DNA of 26,027 nt from Actinomycetes bacterium. GTDB taxonomy: Bacteria; Actinomycetota; CALGFH01. Where the stretch lies: the NCBI GenBank assembly GCA_036259695.1, contig DATABK010000656.1, positions 1 through 26,027 of the forward strand, in the 5' to 3' direction. Each line of letters opens with the position of its first letter. The stretch's first letter is position 1. This document shows positions 1 to 8,137 of this stretch, one piece after another. The notes under the pieces were generated by a model. That model did not search any database. It had not been told where the DNA came from and saw nothing but the letters and a program-made list of their open reading frames with translations. Made by a program: the position numbers and the translations under genes.

Positions 1-1490
1 CGGAGCCGGGTCCGCTCGGGCGGGCCCCGGACCACCGGGAGGGTGACCACGAAGGTCGTGCCGTGGCCGACGGCCGACTTCACCGTGATCGTCCCCTCGT
101 GGGCCTGGACGACCCAGCGGGTGATGGCCAGGCCGAGCCCCGACCCGGCCATGCCGCGGACGCCCGGGGCGCGCCAGAAGCGGTCGAACACGTGGTCCAG
201 GTGGCCCTCGGCGATGCCCATGCCGGTGTCGCGCACGGCCAGCTCGGCCGTCCCGTCCTCGGCCCCCAGGCGCAGGTCGATCGTGCCCGCCCGGGTGTAC
301 TTGAGGGCGTTGTCGACCAGGTTCCAGACCGCCCGGCGCAGGTCGTCGCGGTCGCCCGAGACCCAGACCTCGGGCAGCGGGCCCAGCGTCACCTCGACCT
401 CGGGGGCGGCCATGCGCAGGGCGTCGCGGTGCACGTCGGCCAGCAGGTGGTCGAGCCGGAATGTCCGCCGGGCCGGGGTGGCCACCGCCGCCTCCAGCCG
501 GGCCAGGGCCAGCAGGTCGCCGACCAGCGACTCCATCCGGCGCAGCTCGATGAGCACGTCGCCCAGCGCCTCGACCCGGTCCTCGGTGCGGGCGCCCGGT
601 ACCCGGGCCAGGAACTCGACGTTGGTGCGGATCGCGGTCAGCGGCGTCCGCAGCTCGTGGGAGGCGTCGGCGACGAAGCGGCGCTGGGAGTCCAGGGTCG
701 TCTTGAGCCCCAGGTTGGCCTGCTCGAGCTCGGCCAGCATCTGGTTGAACGACAGCGACAGGCGGCCGAGCTCGTCATGGGGGTCGCCGTCGACCGGCAT
801 GCGGTGGGAGAAGTCGCGCTCGTCGCCGATCCGCTGGGCGGTGGCCCGCATGCGGGCCAGGGGCCGGAGCAGGGCCGCGGCCAGGCCGAGGCCGAGGAGG
901 GCGGCGACCAGCAGCACGGCCAGCCCGCCGGCGATCAGGATGGTCCGCAGCAGCCGCAGGGACCGCTCGACCCCGGCCAGGGACCGGGCCACCGTGACCT
1001 GGCCCTCCAGCCGGACGGTCTCCCGTGGCGTCTCGGGCGCCTTGATGCCGGGCTGCCGCACGGCCTTGCTGGCCTTGAAGCGCTCGGCGTAGACGGCCAG
1101 GGGCAGGCCGAGCTGGTTGGCCGACGGCCGCACGTTCACCACCTTGCCCGGCTCGACACTGGGCAGGTCGACCCCGGCCAGGGTGTCGGCCGGGTGCTTG
1201 GCCTCGATGGCCAGCGCCAGGTCCTGCTCCTTGCGGGTCTCGACCACGATGTAGGTGTCGCGTTCCTGCCCGTTGGACCACTGGGCGAGGGTGGCCCCGG
1301 CCCGCTCGGCGGTGGTGTCGTAGTCGTCGGCCAGGACCTTGGCCAGCTGGATGCTCTGGCGCTGGACCGAGCCGTAGAACTCCTGGTGGAGGTTGCGGTC
1401 GACGTAGGCGTAGACCCAGAACCCGAACCCGGACAGGGCCGTGGTCAACAGGACCAGGTAGGCCAGGGTGAGCCGGGCCCGGAAGGTCAC
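1..1490 (-). CDS. Sensor histidine kinase (HAMP-HisKA-HATPase, MprB-like); 3' end runs off the window
   Basis: My translation from GTG at 1490 (GTGA overlap with the regulator stop) shows an N-terminal TM, a second TM plus HAMP, H-box FVADASHELRTPLT, N-box WNLVDNALKY, G1 RDTGMGI, F-box VFDRFWR and G2 GSGLGLAI. No stop before base 1, which is why the ORF track lacks it. Confidence 0.93.
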   Translation of the reverse strand, partial: MTFRARLTLAYLVLLTTALSGFGFWVYAYVDRNLHQEFYGSVQRQSIQLAKVLADDYDTTAERAGATLAQWSNGQERDTYIVVETRKEQDLALAIEAKHPADTLAGVDLPSVEPGKVVNVRPSANQLGLPLAVYAERFKASKAVRQPGIKAPETPRETVRLEGQVTVARSLAGVERSLRLLRTILIAGGLAVLLVAALLGLGLAAALLRPLARMRATAQRIGDERDFSHRMPVDGDPHDELGRLSLSFNQMLAELEQANLGLKTTLDSQRRFVADASHELRTPLTAIRTNVEFLARVPGARTEDRVEALGDVLIELRRMESLVGDLLALARLEAAVATPARRTFRLDHLLADVHRDALRMAAPEVEVTLGPLPEVWVSGDRDDLRRAVWNLVDNALKYTRAGTIDLRLGAEDGTAELAVRDTGMGIAEGHLDHVFDRFWRAPGVRGMAGSGLGLAITRWVVQAHEGTITVKSAVGHGTTFVVTLPVVRGPPERTRL

Positions 1491-2179
1491 CGGCTCCCCT
1501 CCGGGTCCTCGCGCAGGACGTAGCCGACCCCGCGGACGGTGTGGATGATCCGCGGCTCGCCCTCCGTCTCGAGCTTGCGGCGCAGGTAGCCGACGTAGAC
1601 CTCCAGGACGTTGGAGTCGCGGCCGAAGTCGTAGTCCCACACCCGCTCCAGGATGGTCGAGCGGGTCAGGACCTGGCGCGGGTGCTCCAGGAACAGGGCC
1701 AGCAGGTCGAACTCCTGGCGGGTCAGGGAGATGGTCCGCTCGCCCCGCCAGACCTCGTGGGTCGAGCGGTCCATGCGCAGGTCGCCGAAGCGCAGCTCGG
1801 CCGACCCGGAGCCGTTGCGGCCCCGGCGCAGCAGCGCCTTCACCCGGACCAGCAGCTCCTCGAAGGCGAACGGCTTGACCAGGTAGTCGTCGGCTCCGGC
1901 CTCGAACCCGGCCACCCGCTCGGGCACCTCGCTGCGGGCGGTCAGCATGAGCACGGCCACCTCCCCGGCCTGCCGGAGCCGCCGGCAGACCTCGAGGCCG
2001 TCGATCCCCGGCAACAGCACATCCAGGATGACCAGGTCGGGCGGGTGGTCGAGGGCCCGGCCGAGGGCCTCCTCGCCGGAGGCGGCCACCTCGACCTCGA
2101 ACCCCTCGTAGGCGAGCGGCCGGCGAAGGGCGGCGGCCAACAGGGGATCGTCGTCGACGACCAGGATGTGCGCGCCCAT
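1487..2179 (-). CDS. OmpR/PhoB-family response regulator (MprA-like), 230 aa
   Basis: MGAHILVVDDD acidic pocket, LVILDVLLPG phospho-Asp, MLTA, GADDYLVKPF, winged helix ending IHTVRGVGYVLR. The upstream extension to 2392 in the ORF track does not look like protein. Confidence 0.95.
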   Translation of the reverse strand: MGAHILVVDDDPLLAAALRRPLAYEGFEVEVAASGEEALGRALDHPPDLVILDVLLPGIDGLEVCRRLRQAGEVAVLMLTARSEVPERVAGFEAGADDYLVKPFAFEELLVRVKALLRRGRNGSGSAELRFGDLRMDRSTHEVWRGERTISLTRQEFDLLALFLEHPRQVLTRSTILERVWDYDFGRDSNVLEVYVGYLRRKLETEGEPRIIHTVRGVGYVLREDPEGSR

Positions 2180-2202
2180 GCACCTGCCGTCCTGACCGAG
2201 CC

Positions 2203-2311
2203 GCCCGAGGCGGCGACCTCGACCTCGAAGCCCTCGTAGGCCAGCGGCCGGCGAAGGGCCGCGGCCAGCAGGGGGTCGTCGTCGACGACCAGGATGTGTG
2301 CGCCCATGCAC
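2203..2311 (-). repeat. Second, truncated copy of the response regulator 5' end (direct repeat of 2075-2183)
   Basis: 109-nt direct repeat with a 128-nt period and a 19-nt spacer. 8 substitutions, all synonymous; both copies encode MGAHILVVDDDPLLAAALRRPLAYEGFEVEVAASG. Confidence 0.95.
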
Positions 2312-2396
2312 TACCACCGATGGACCGGCCGCCGTCGGGGCGGCGCTCGCTGGTTGCTGCCTTGATCCCATTCTGCCTGCTCGGCAGCCCAATTGC

Positions 2397-5021
2397 CTAG
2401 CTCGGCGCTGTCACCGGGTGCTCGCGGCGGGCGTCGGTGGGCAGTCGGTCGGGGCGGAGGCCCTTGAACGACGCCGCCCGGAGCTTGTCGTCCTGGGTCC
2501 ACTTGAGGTACTCGACCTCACACACCAGCTCCGGCCGGACGAAGCGGGCCCCGCGGGGCCGGGGGGTGCCCTCGAAGCCCTCGAACTGGGGCTTGTCGAC
2601 CTGGAGGGCCTCCAGCTTGGCCAGCAGGTCGGCCAGGAAGGCGTGGGTGAAGCCGGTGCCGACGTTGCCGGCGTAGCGGAGCCGGCCGCCGTCGTAGGTG
2701 GCCAGCAGCAGCGAGCCCAGGGTGGCCGACCGGCCGCCCTTGCCCGGGGTCCAGCCGACGATCACGCAGTCCTGGAGACACAGCGCCTTGATCTTGCGCC
2801 AGTCGTGCGAGCGGGTCCCGGGCCGGTAGGGGCTGGCCGCCCGCTTGGCCACGATCCCCTCCAGCTGGAGCGCCTTGACGTGGTCGAAGAAGTCCCGGCC
2901 GGCCCCCTCCACCACCTGGGAGAGCCGGATGTCCTTGGTTTCCACCAGCACCTCGACGAGCCGGGCCCGCCGCTCGACCAGGGGCAGCTCCAGCAGGGAC
3001 TGGCCGTCCAGCCACAGCAGGTCGAAGGCCAGGAACTGGACCGGGACCCGGCCCTTGTTGCGGGCCAGCTCGTCCGGGGTGCGGTGGAAGCGGTCCTGCA
3101 TCCGCTCGAACGACGGCCGGCCGTCCCGGTCCAGGGCGACGATCTCGCCGTCGACCACGGCGTTGCGGGCCGCCAGCTGGCGGTGCATGTCGATCAGCTC
3201 CGGGAACTGGGCGGTCATGTCCCGGGTCGTCCGCGAGGTCAGCCGGGTCGAGGTCCCCAGGTTGGCCAGGCAGCGGTGCCCGTCCCACTTGACCTCGAAC
3301 AGCCACTCCTTGTCGTCGAACGGCTCGCTGGTCAGCACGGCCATCATCGGCTCGTAGGTCGGCGGCGGGGCCGGCTGGGGGAGCGACACCTTGCCCTTGA
3401 GGATGACCAGCCAGTCCCGGTCCCGGGTCCGGAACAGGTGGTACTCGGCCCCCTGGTAGCGGCTCCCGTGGAGGCGGACGGTCAGCTTGCCGTCGGCCAC
3501 CTCCAGCGGCTCGTAGGTCCCGAGGTCGAACAGCCGGACCTCGCCCCCGCCGTACTCCCCGGCCGGGATGGTCCCGGAGAAGGTCAGGTACTCGAGCGGG
3601 TGGTCCTCGGTGTTGACGGCCAGGTGCCGCAGCCCCGGCTCCTCCGGCAGCCGCTTGGGCACGGCAAAGGAGACCAGCACCCCGTCCTGCTCGAACCGCA
3701 CGTCGTGGTGGAGCCGCCGGGCATGGTGCTGCTGAATGGTGAACCGCCGCCCCTCCTCCAAGGGCGCCACCTCGGTCAACCCGGCAGGGTGGGGCTCGTC
3801 CGGAAGGGGGGCTGTGGAGAGCGGAGCCGCCCCTTCCCCGGGGTCGGCTACCCTCCCGGTAGGGGCCCCGTTTCCCGGAGGCTGAGGGTCCCGCGCGCCC
3901 ACCGCCGGGCCGGGTGCGGGGGTGCCCGAGGGCTCCGGGGTGCGCTGGAAGTCGCGTTTGGCGACGTACTCGTCCAGGCTCGCCCGCGAGGCGGGGCGGG
4001 TGGTGCGCTTGGCGGGGAACCGGGGGCGGCCCCGGGGCTCCTCGGGGGCGCCTGGGGTGAGGCCGAGGGCCTCCATGGCCGCGGTCAGGGACTGCCTGTC
4101 GTCGAGGACCGGCCGGAACCGGTCGCCGTCGGCGAACCGGTCCCAGACGTTGTCGATCCGGAAGTCGTCCGGCTCGAGGTCGTCGTCCAGCTCCTCCCAG
4201 TCCAGCGGGGTCGACACCGGCGCCCCGGGCCTCGGCCGCAGCGAGTAGACGCTGGCGATGTTGGCCCCCGAACGGTTCATGTTGTGGTCGATGAAGACCT
4301 TGCCGGCCCGGTCGGCGACCGGCCAGGCCATGGTCGCCTTCTCGGGGTAGGCGCGGACGACCAGCCGGCCCACCCGCTCGACGAACTCGCGGGCGTCGCT
4401 ATGGGTGTGGGTGCCGTCCAAGGGGACGAACACCTGCATGCCGGTCGCTCCGGACGTCTTGGGATAGCCGCGCAGCCCGAGGCCGTCCAGCACCACCTTG
4501 ATGAGCTTGGCCACGGTGCGGACGTCCGCATAGGTGTAAGGCTCGAAGGGGTCGAGGTCGAAGAAGGCGTAGTCGGGCCGGTCGAGGGAGCCGGCCCGCG
4601 AGTGCAGGGGGTGCATCTCGATACAGCCGAGGTTGACCACGTACAGCAGGCTGGCCCGGTCCTGGGCGAGCACGAACTCGACCACCCGGGAGTCCTCCTC
4701 GGTCGGCACGGCCGCGGTGGGCAGCCAGTCAGGGGCGTGGGCCGGGACCTGCTTCTCGTAGAAGGGCTCGCCGGCCAGCCCGTCCGGCATCCGCTTCATG
4801 GTCAGCGGGCGGTCGCGCAGGTGGGGCAGGAGCAGGTCGGCGACGTTCCAGTAGTAGGCGAGCAGGTCGCCCTTGGTGATGCCATCGGCCGGCCAGTAGA
4901 CCTTGGTCAGGTTGGACAGCCGCAGCTCGCGGCCGCCGGCCTGCAGCCGCCAGGCGTCGCCGGACCGCCGGGCCGGCAGCGGCAAGGGAAACGGCAGGTC
5001 ACGGCGTTTGGCGCGAGCCAA
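2397..5021 (-). CDS. ligD: NHEJ DNA ligase D, polymerase-phosphoesterase-ligase order, 874 aa
   Basis: Pol domain (LSNLTKVYWP, FFDLDP, KTSG); PE domain (HHARRLHHDVRFE, TEDHPLEY); ATP-dependent ligase (EVKWDG, FLAFDLL, EGIVAK, WRKIK, VGTGF, LRAASFKGLR). TTG start preceded by AAGGAGG. Divergent from ku. Confidence 0.95.
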   Translation of the reverse strand: MARAKRRDLPFPLPLPARRSGDAWRLQAGGRELRLSNLTKVYWPADGITKGDLLAYYWNVADLLLPHLRDRPLTMKRMPDGLAGEPFYEKQVPAHAPDWLPTAAVPTEEDSRVVEFVLAQDRASLLYVVNLGCIEMHPLHSRAGSLDRPDYAFFDLDPFEPYTYADVRTVAKLIKVVLDGLGLRGYPKTSGATGMQVFVPLDGTHTHSDAREFVERVGRLVVRAYPEKATMAWPVADRAGKVFIDHNMNRSGANIASVYSLRPRPGAPVSTPLDWEELDDDLEPDDFRIDNVWDRFADGDRFRPVLDDRQSLTAAMEALGLTPGAPEEPRGRPRFPAKRTTRPASRASLDEYVAKRDFQRTPEPSGTPAPGPAVGARDPQPPGNGAPTGRVADPGEGAAPLSTAPLPDEPHPAGLTEVAPLEEGRRFTIQQHHARRLHHDVRFEQDGVLVSFAVPKRLPEEPGLRHLAVNTEDHPLEYLTFSGTIPAGEYGGGEVRLFDLGTYEPLEVADGKLTVRLHGSRYQGAEYHLFRTRDRDWLVILKGKVSLPQPAPPPTYEPMMAVLTSEPFDDKEWLFEVKWDGHRCLANLGTSTRLTSRTTRDMTAQFPELIDMHRQLAARNAVVDGEIVALDRDGRPSFERMQDRFHRTPDELARNKGRVPVQFLAFDLLWLDGQSLLELPLVERRARLVEVLVETKDIRLSQVVEGAGRDFFDHVKALQLEGIVAKRAASPYRPGTRSHDWRKIKALCLQDCVIVGWTPGKGGRSATLGSLLLATYDGGRLRYAGNVGTGFTHAFLADLLAKLEALQVDKPQFEGFEGTPRPRGARFVRPELVCEVEYLKWTQDDKLRAASFKGLRPDRLPTDARREHPVTAPS

Positions 5022-5037
5022 CGAAGGCCAGTCCTCC

Positions 5038-5066
5038 TTCAGTTGCGTTGCTCGCCAGCGTACAGT
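5038..5066. promoter_or_regulatory. Putative bidirectional promoter core between ligD and ku
   Basis: AGCGTACAGT (5057-5066) reads TACAGT on + and TACGCT on -, both TANNNT. TTCAGT lies 17 nt upstream of the + hexamer. Motif match only. Confidence 0.35.
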
Positions 5067-5143
5067 TGTCCTGGTCCGTGATCGTCGCCTTCGACGTGCC
5101 CGCCGCTCGCGGAGTGTTTCGACGTCAAAGGAGGCCTGGCTTC

Positions 5144-5971
5144 GTGAAGACGATCTGGAAGGGGGCGATCTCCTTCGGGCTGGTCACCATCCCCGTCCGG
5201 GTGTATGGGGCCACCGAAGCGAAGAGCCTCCGGTTCAACCAGCTGCACGAGCCCGACGGCGGCCGGATCCGCTACAAGCGGGTGTGCTCGATCGACGGGG
5301 AAGAGGTCGACTACTCGGAGATCGTCAAGGGCTACGAGTACGAGAAGGACCACTACGTCACCATCACCGACGAGGAGCTCGACCAGCTGCCGGTGCGCAC
5401 GGCCCGGGCGATCGAGATCGAGCGGTTCGTCGAGGCCGAGGAGATCGACCCGATCTACTTCCAGAAGGCCTACTACCTGGTGCCCGAGGGCACCGGGGTC
5501 AAGGCCTACCACCTGCTCCGGGAGGCGATGGCCGACGACGGCAAGGTCGCCCTGGCCAAGGTCGCCTTCCGAGACAAGGAGCACCTGGCCACCCTGCGGC
5601 TGCGGGACAACGTGTTCGTGCTGGAGACGATGTACTGGCCGGACGAGATCCGCACCCCCAAGTTCGACGTCCTGGACGAGTCGGTCGAGCTGCGGCCCCA
5701 GGAGATCCGCATGGCCCGCAGCCTGATCGACAGCCTCACCGACGCCTTCCAGCCCGAGGAGTTCCACGACGAGTACCGGGCGGCGCTCGAGGAGCTGGTC
5801 CAGAAGAAGATCCAGGGTGAGGAGATCACCTATACCGAAGAGGCCGAACCGTCTAAGGTGGTCGACCTGATGGAAGCGCTCAAGGCGAGCGTCGAGGCGG
5901 CCAAGGCCGGGAAGCCGGCCTCGGAGCCGAAGACCACCGGCCGGCGGCGCAAGAAGGCGGCAGGCGAGTAG
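5144..5971 (+). CDS. ku: NHEJ protein Ku, 275 aa
   Basis: GTG after AAGGAGG; KTIWKGAISFGLVTIPV, IVKGYE, DPIYFQKAYYL, VVDLMEALKAS and a basic C-terminal tail (GRRRKK). Confidence 0.97.
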   Translation: MKTIWKGAISFGLVTIPVRVYGATEAKSLRFNQLHEPDGGRIRYKRVCSIDGEEVDYSEIVKGYEYEKDHYVTITDEELDQLPVRTARAIEIERFVEAEEIDPIYFQKAYYLVPEGTGVKAYHLLREAMADDGKVALAKVAFRDKEHLATLRLRDNVFVLETMYWPDEIRTPKFDVLDESVELRPQEIRMARSLIDSLTDAFQPEEFHDEYRAALEELVQKKIQGEEITYTEEAEPSKVVDLMEALKASVEAAKAGKPASEPKTTGRRRKKAAGE

Positions 5972-6009
5972 TCGAGTAGCAGGCGTCCCGCTCCGGGGCG
6001 TCGTGGGGG

Positions 6010-6960
6010 GTGGACGTGGGGCTTGACCTCTGCCCGTCGACGGCGTTCCGGGACGCGGTCGCATCGATGGTTGACGGCCTGCCGGCCCGGACCGGCCTCG
6101 GCACCTGGCTGCTGGTCCGCCTGGCCGACGACGGCGGGTCGGTGGTCCTGGCCGTCCGCGACGACACCTACGGCCTCACCGTCGACCAGCACCTGTCCGA
6201 GGCCGACCTGCCCGTCCGGGCCCTGATCGACGGCCGCGGGCCCCGGGTGGCCCGGGTCGCGGCCGAGGTCCAGGCCTACGCCAGCGCCTCGCCCGGCGGC
6301 GGGGTGCCCGTGGGCGCCCTGGCCGGCGTGCCCGTCCTGGCCCCCGACGGGTCGGTGTTCGGCTGCCTGTGCGGGCTCGACCCCGAGCCGGGGCGGCCGG
6401 AGCTGGCCGCCGAGCTGCCGACCATCGAGCTGCTCGGGCGGATGCTGGCCGTCCTGCTCGTCCAGGAGCTGGACCGCCAGGAGCTGCAGCGGCGGTTCGA
6501 GCTGGCCGAGCTGGACGCCCTCACCGACCCGCTCACCGGGGTCGGGAACCGTCGCGCCTGGGACCGGCTGCTGGAGGCCGAGGAGGCCCGCTGCCGCCGC
6601 TACGGCTCGGTGGCGTCCCTGGTCGCGATCGACCTCGACGAGCTCAAGCGGGTCAACGACGGCCAGGGCCACGCCGCCGGCGACCGGCTGCTGCGCCGCA
6701 CCGCCCAGGTGATCGACTCCTGCCGCCGGGCCGCCGACGTGGTCGCCCGCCTCGGCGGCGACGAGTTCGGGGTCCTGGCCGTCGAGTGCGACGAGCCGGC
6801 GGCCAAGGTCCTCGCCGACCGCCTCCGGGGCGCCCTTGAGGCGGCCGGCATCCGCGCCTCGGTCGGCCACGCCACCCGCCAGCCCACCGGCACCCTGGCC
6901 CAGGCCTGGTCGGCCGCGGACGCCGAGATGTACGCCCACAAACGGCGGGTGGCGCGTTAG
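6010..6960 (+). CDS. GAF-domain diguanylate cyclase
   Basis: N-terminal GAF-like region (GVPVLAPDGSVFGCLCGLD), DPLTGVGNRRAW, IDLDELKRVNDGQGHAAGD, intact GGDEF with an RxxD I-site (RAAD). Start codon uncertain. Confidence 0.9.
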   Translation: MDVGLDLCPSTAFRDAVASMVDGLPARTGLGTWLLVRLADDGGSVVLAVRDDTYGLTVDQHLSEADLPVRALIDGRGPRVARVAAEVQAYASASPGGGVPVGALAGVPVLAPDGSVFGCLCGLDPEPGRPELAAELPTIELLGRMLAVLLVQELDRQELQRRFELAELDALTDPLTGVGNRRAWDRLLEAEEARCRRYGSVASLVAIDLDELKRVNDGQGHAAGDRLLRRTAQVIDSCRRAADVVARLGGDEFGVLAVECDEPAAKVLADRLRGALEAAGIRASVGHATRQPTGTLAQAWSAADAEMYAHKRRVAR

Positions 6961-8087
6961 GACTCGGCCGGGGGGTCGCGGCGCCCGATCCGCACCCGGT
7001 GCTCCTCCGACTCGCGCAGCGAGCGCTCGGCCAGGCGGCGCAGCTCGGCCGCCTTGCGCCGCTCGTCGATGCGGCGGCGGCCCTCAGGGGTCTCCTGCTC
7101 GACCTGGAGCGACAGGTAGGCCAGGGCGCCAAGGGGGATGGGGAGCCAGAAGTTGATCAGCCGGTAGGAGACGACCCCGAGCGTGGCCGTGCCCCGGTCG
7201 GCGCCGAAGAACGTCAGCAGGGCGATCATGGTCGCCTCGACCACCCCAAGGCCGGCCGGGGTGATCGGGATGGCGGCCAGCACATAGGCCAGCCCGAAGG
7301 CCACGATCAGCCCGTCGATGCCGGCCCGGTACCCGAAGGCGAGCAGGAACACCCAGAGCGAGGCGGCCGAGCAGAGCCAGAAGGCCAGGTCCCACAGCAG
7401 CCCCCGGATCAGCCGGGGCCGGTCGGCGACCAGGGTCTGGAGCCGGGCCGCCAGGCGCAGGACCAGCCGGTAGACGCTCTCCTCGTCCAGGAACGGGACC
7501 CGGCCGGCCATGGTCCGCATGACCTTGGCCGCCCCCTGCTCGCCCCGCATGAGCAGCACCACCGCGGCCGAGAAGCCGCCCAGCAGCAGCACCCCGACCA
7601 GGGCGGCGGTGGCGTACAGGGGGTTGTAGGCACCGCCGATGATCGACACCAGCAGGCCGACCCAGAGCAGGAGGTTGAGGACCACCGCCGAGCCGATGCC
7701 CTGGGCGGCCATGGCGAAGGCGGCGTCGGTGCCGGTCAGCCCGAACCGGGTCAGCAGCCGGAACCCCAGCGCCCCCCCGACGGCCGCGCCCCCCGGGACG
7801 ACGTGGCTGACGGCCAGGGTGGAGAGGTTGATGCGAAGCAGGGTCAGGTAGGGGGGCGGGGTGCCGTGGATCATCGCCCTGGTCAGGTTGGCGTAGCTGA
7901 GGATGGAGGCTCCCTCGAGCGCGACCGCGAGGAGGATCAGCCACAGGTTGACCCCGGCCAGCAGGTGCAGCGCCCGGCGGGCCCCGGCGATCTGGGGCAG
8001 GACGAAATAGATCACCACAAAGGCGACCAGCAGGAGCTGGCCGAGGCGCCTGACCGGCGTGACCAACCGCGCTCGGGTCCTAGCCAT
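6957..8087 (-). CDS. Lysylphosphatidylglycerol synthase TM-domain / flippase-like (UPF0104) membrane protein
   Basis: About 8 hydrophobic segments, with SHVVPGGAAVGG, AIPITPAGLGVVE and VVSYRLINFWLP typical of the family. ATG at 8087 has TATACT 10 nt upstream. Confidence 0.85.
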   Translation of the reverse strand: MARTRARLVTPVRRLGQLLLVAFVVIYFVLPQIAGARRALHLLAGVNLWLILLAVALEGASILSYANLTRAMIHGTPPPYLTLLRINLSTLAVSHVVPGGAAVGGALGFRLLTRFGLTGTDAAFAMAAQGIGSAVVLNLLLWVGLLVSIIGGAYNPLYATAALVGVLLLGGFSAAVVLLMRGEQGAAKVMRTMAGRVPFLDEESVYRLVLRLAARLQTLVADRPRLIRGLLWDLAFWLCSAASLWVFLLAFGYRAGIDGLIVAFGLAYVLAAIPITPAGLGVVEATMIALLTFFGADRGTATLGVVSYRLINFWLPIPLGALAYLSLQVEQETPEGRRRIDERRKAAELRRLAERSLRESEEHRVRIGRRDPPAES

Positions 8088-8137
8088 GGGTGACAGCAGT
8101 ATAGGCGGACGGTCCCGGAACCCCTGGTAGACGGGGC

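Noticed and set aside
43-1523. Long + strand ORFs 43-1092 and 63-1523
   Set aside because: Antisense shadows of the minus-strand kinase; no domain motifs, as expected in high-GC DNA.
2075-2311. Diversity-generating retroelement template/variable repeat pair
   Set aside because: Differences are not adenine-specific on either strand, are all silent, and no reverse transcriptase is present.
4420-4460. His-to-Gln change in the LigD Pol motif (GMQVFVP) as a sign of inactivation
   Set aside because: Gln at this position is, from recall, frequent in actinobacterial LigD-type polymerases, and the catalytic Asp residues are present.
2298-5081. 927-aa + strand ORF
   Set aside because: Exact antisense of ligD.
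5022-5143. LexA SOS box in the ku/ligD intergenic region
   Set aside because: No TCGAAC-N4-GTTCGA match; only TCGA words.
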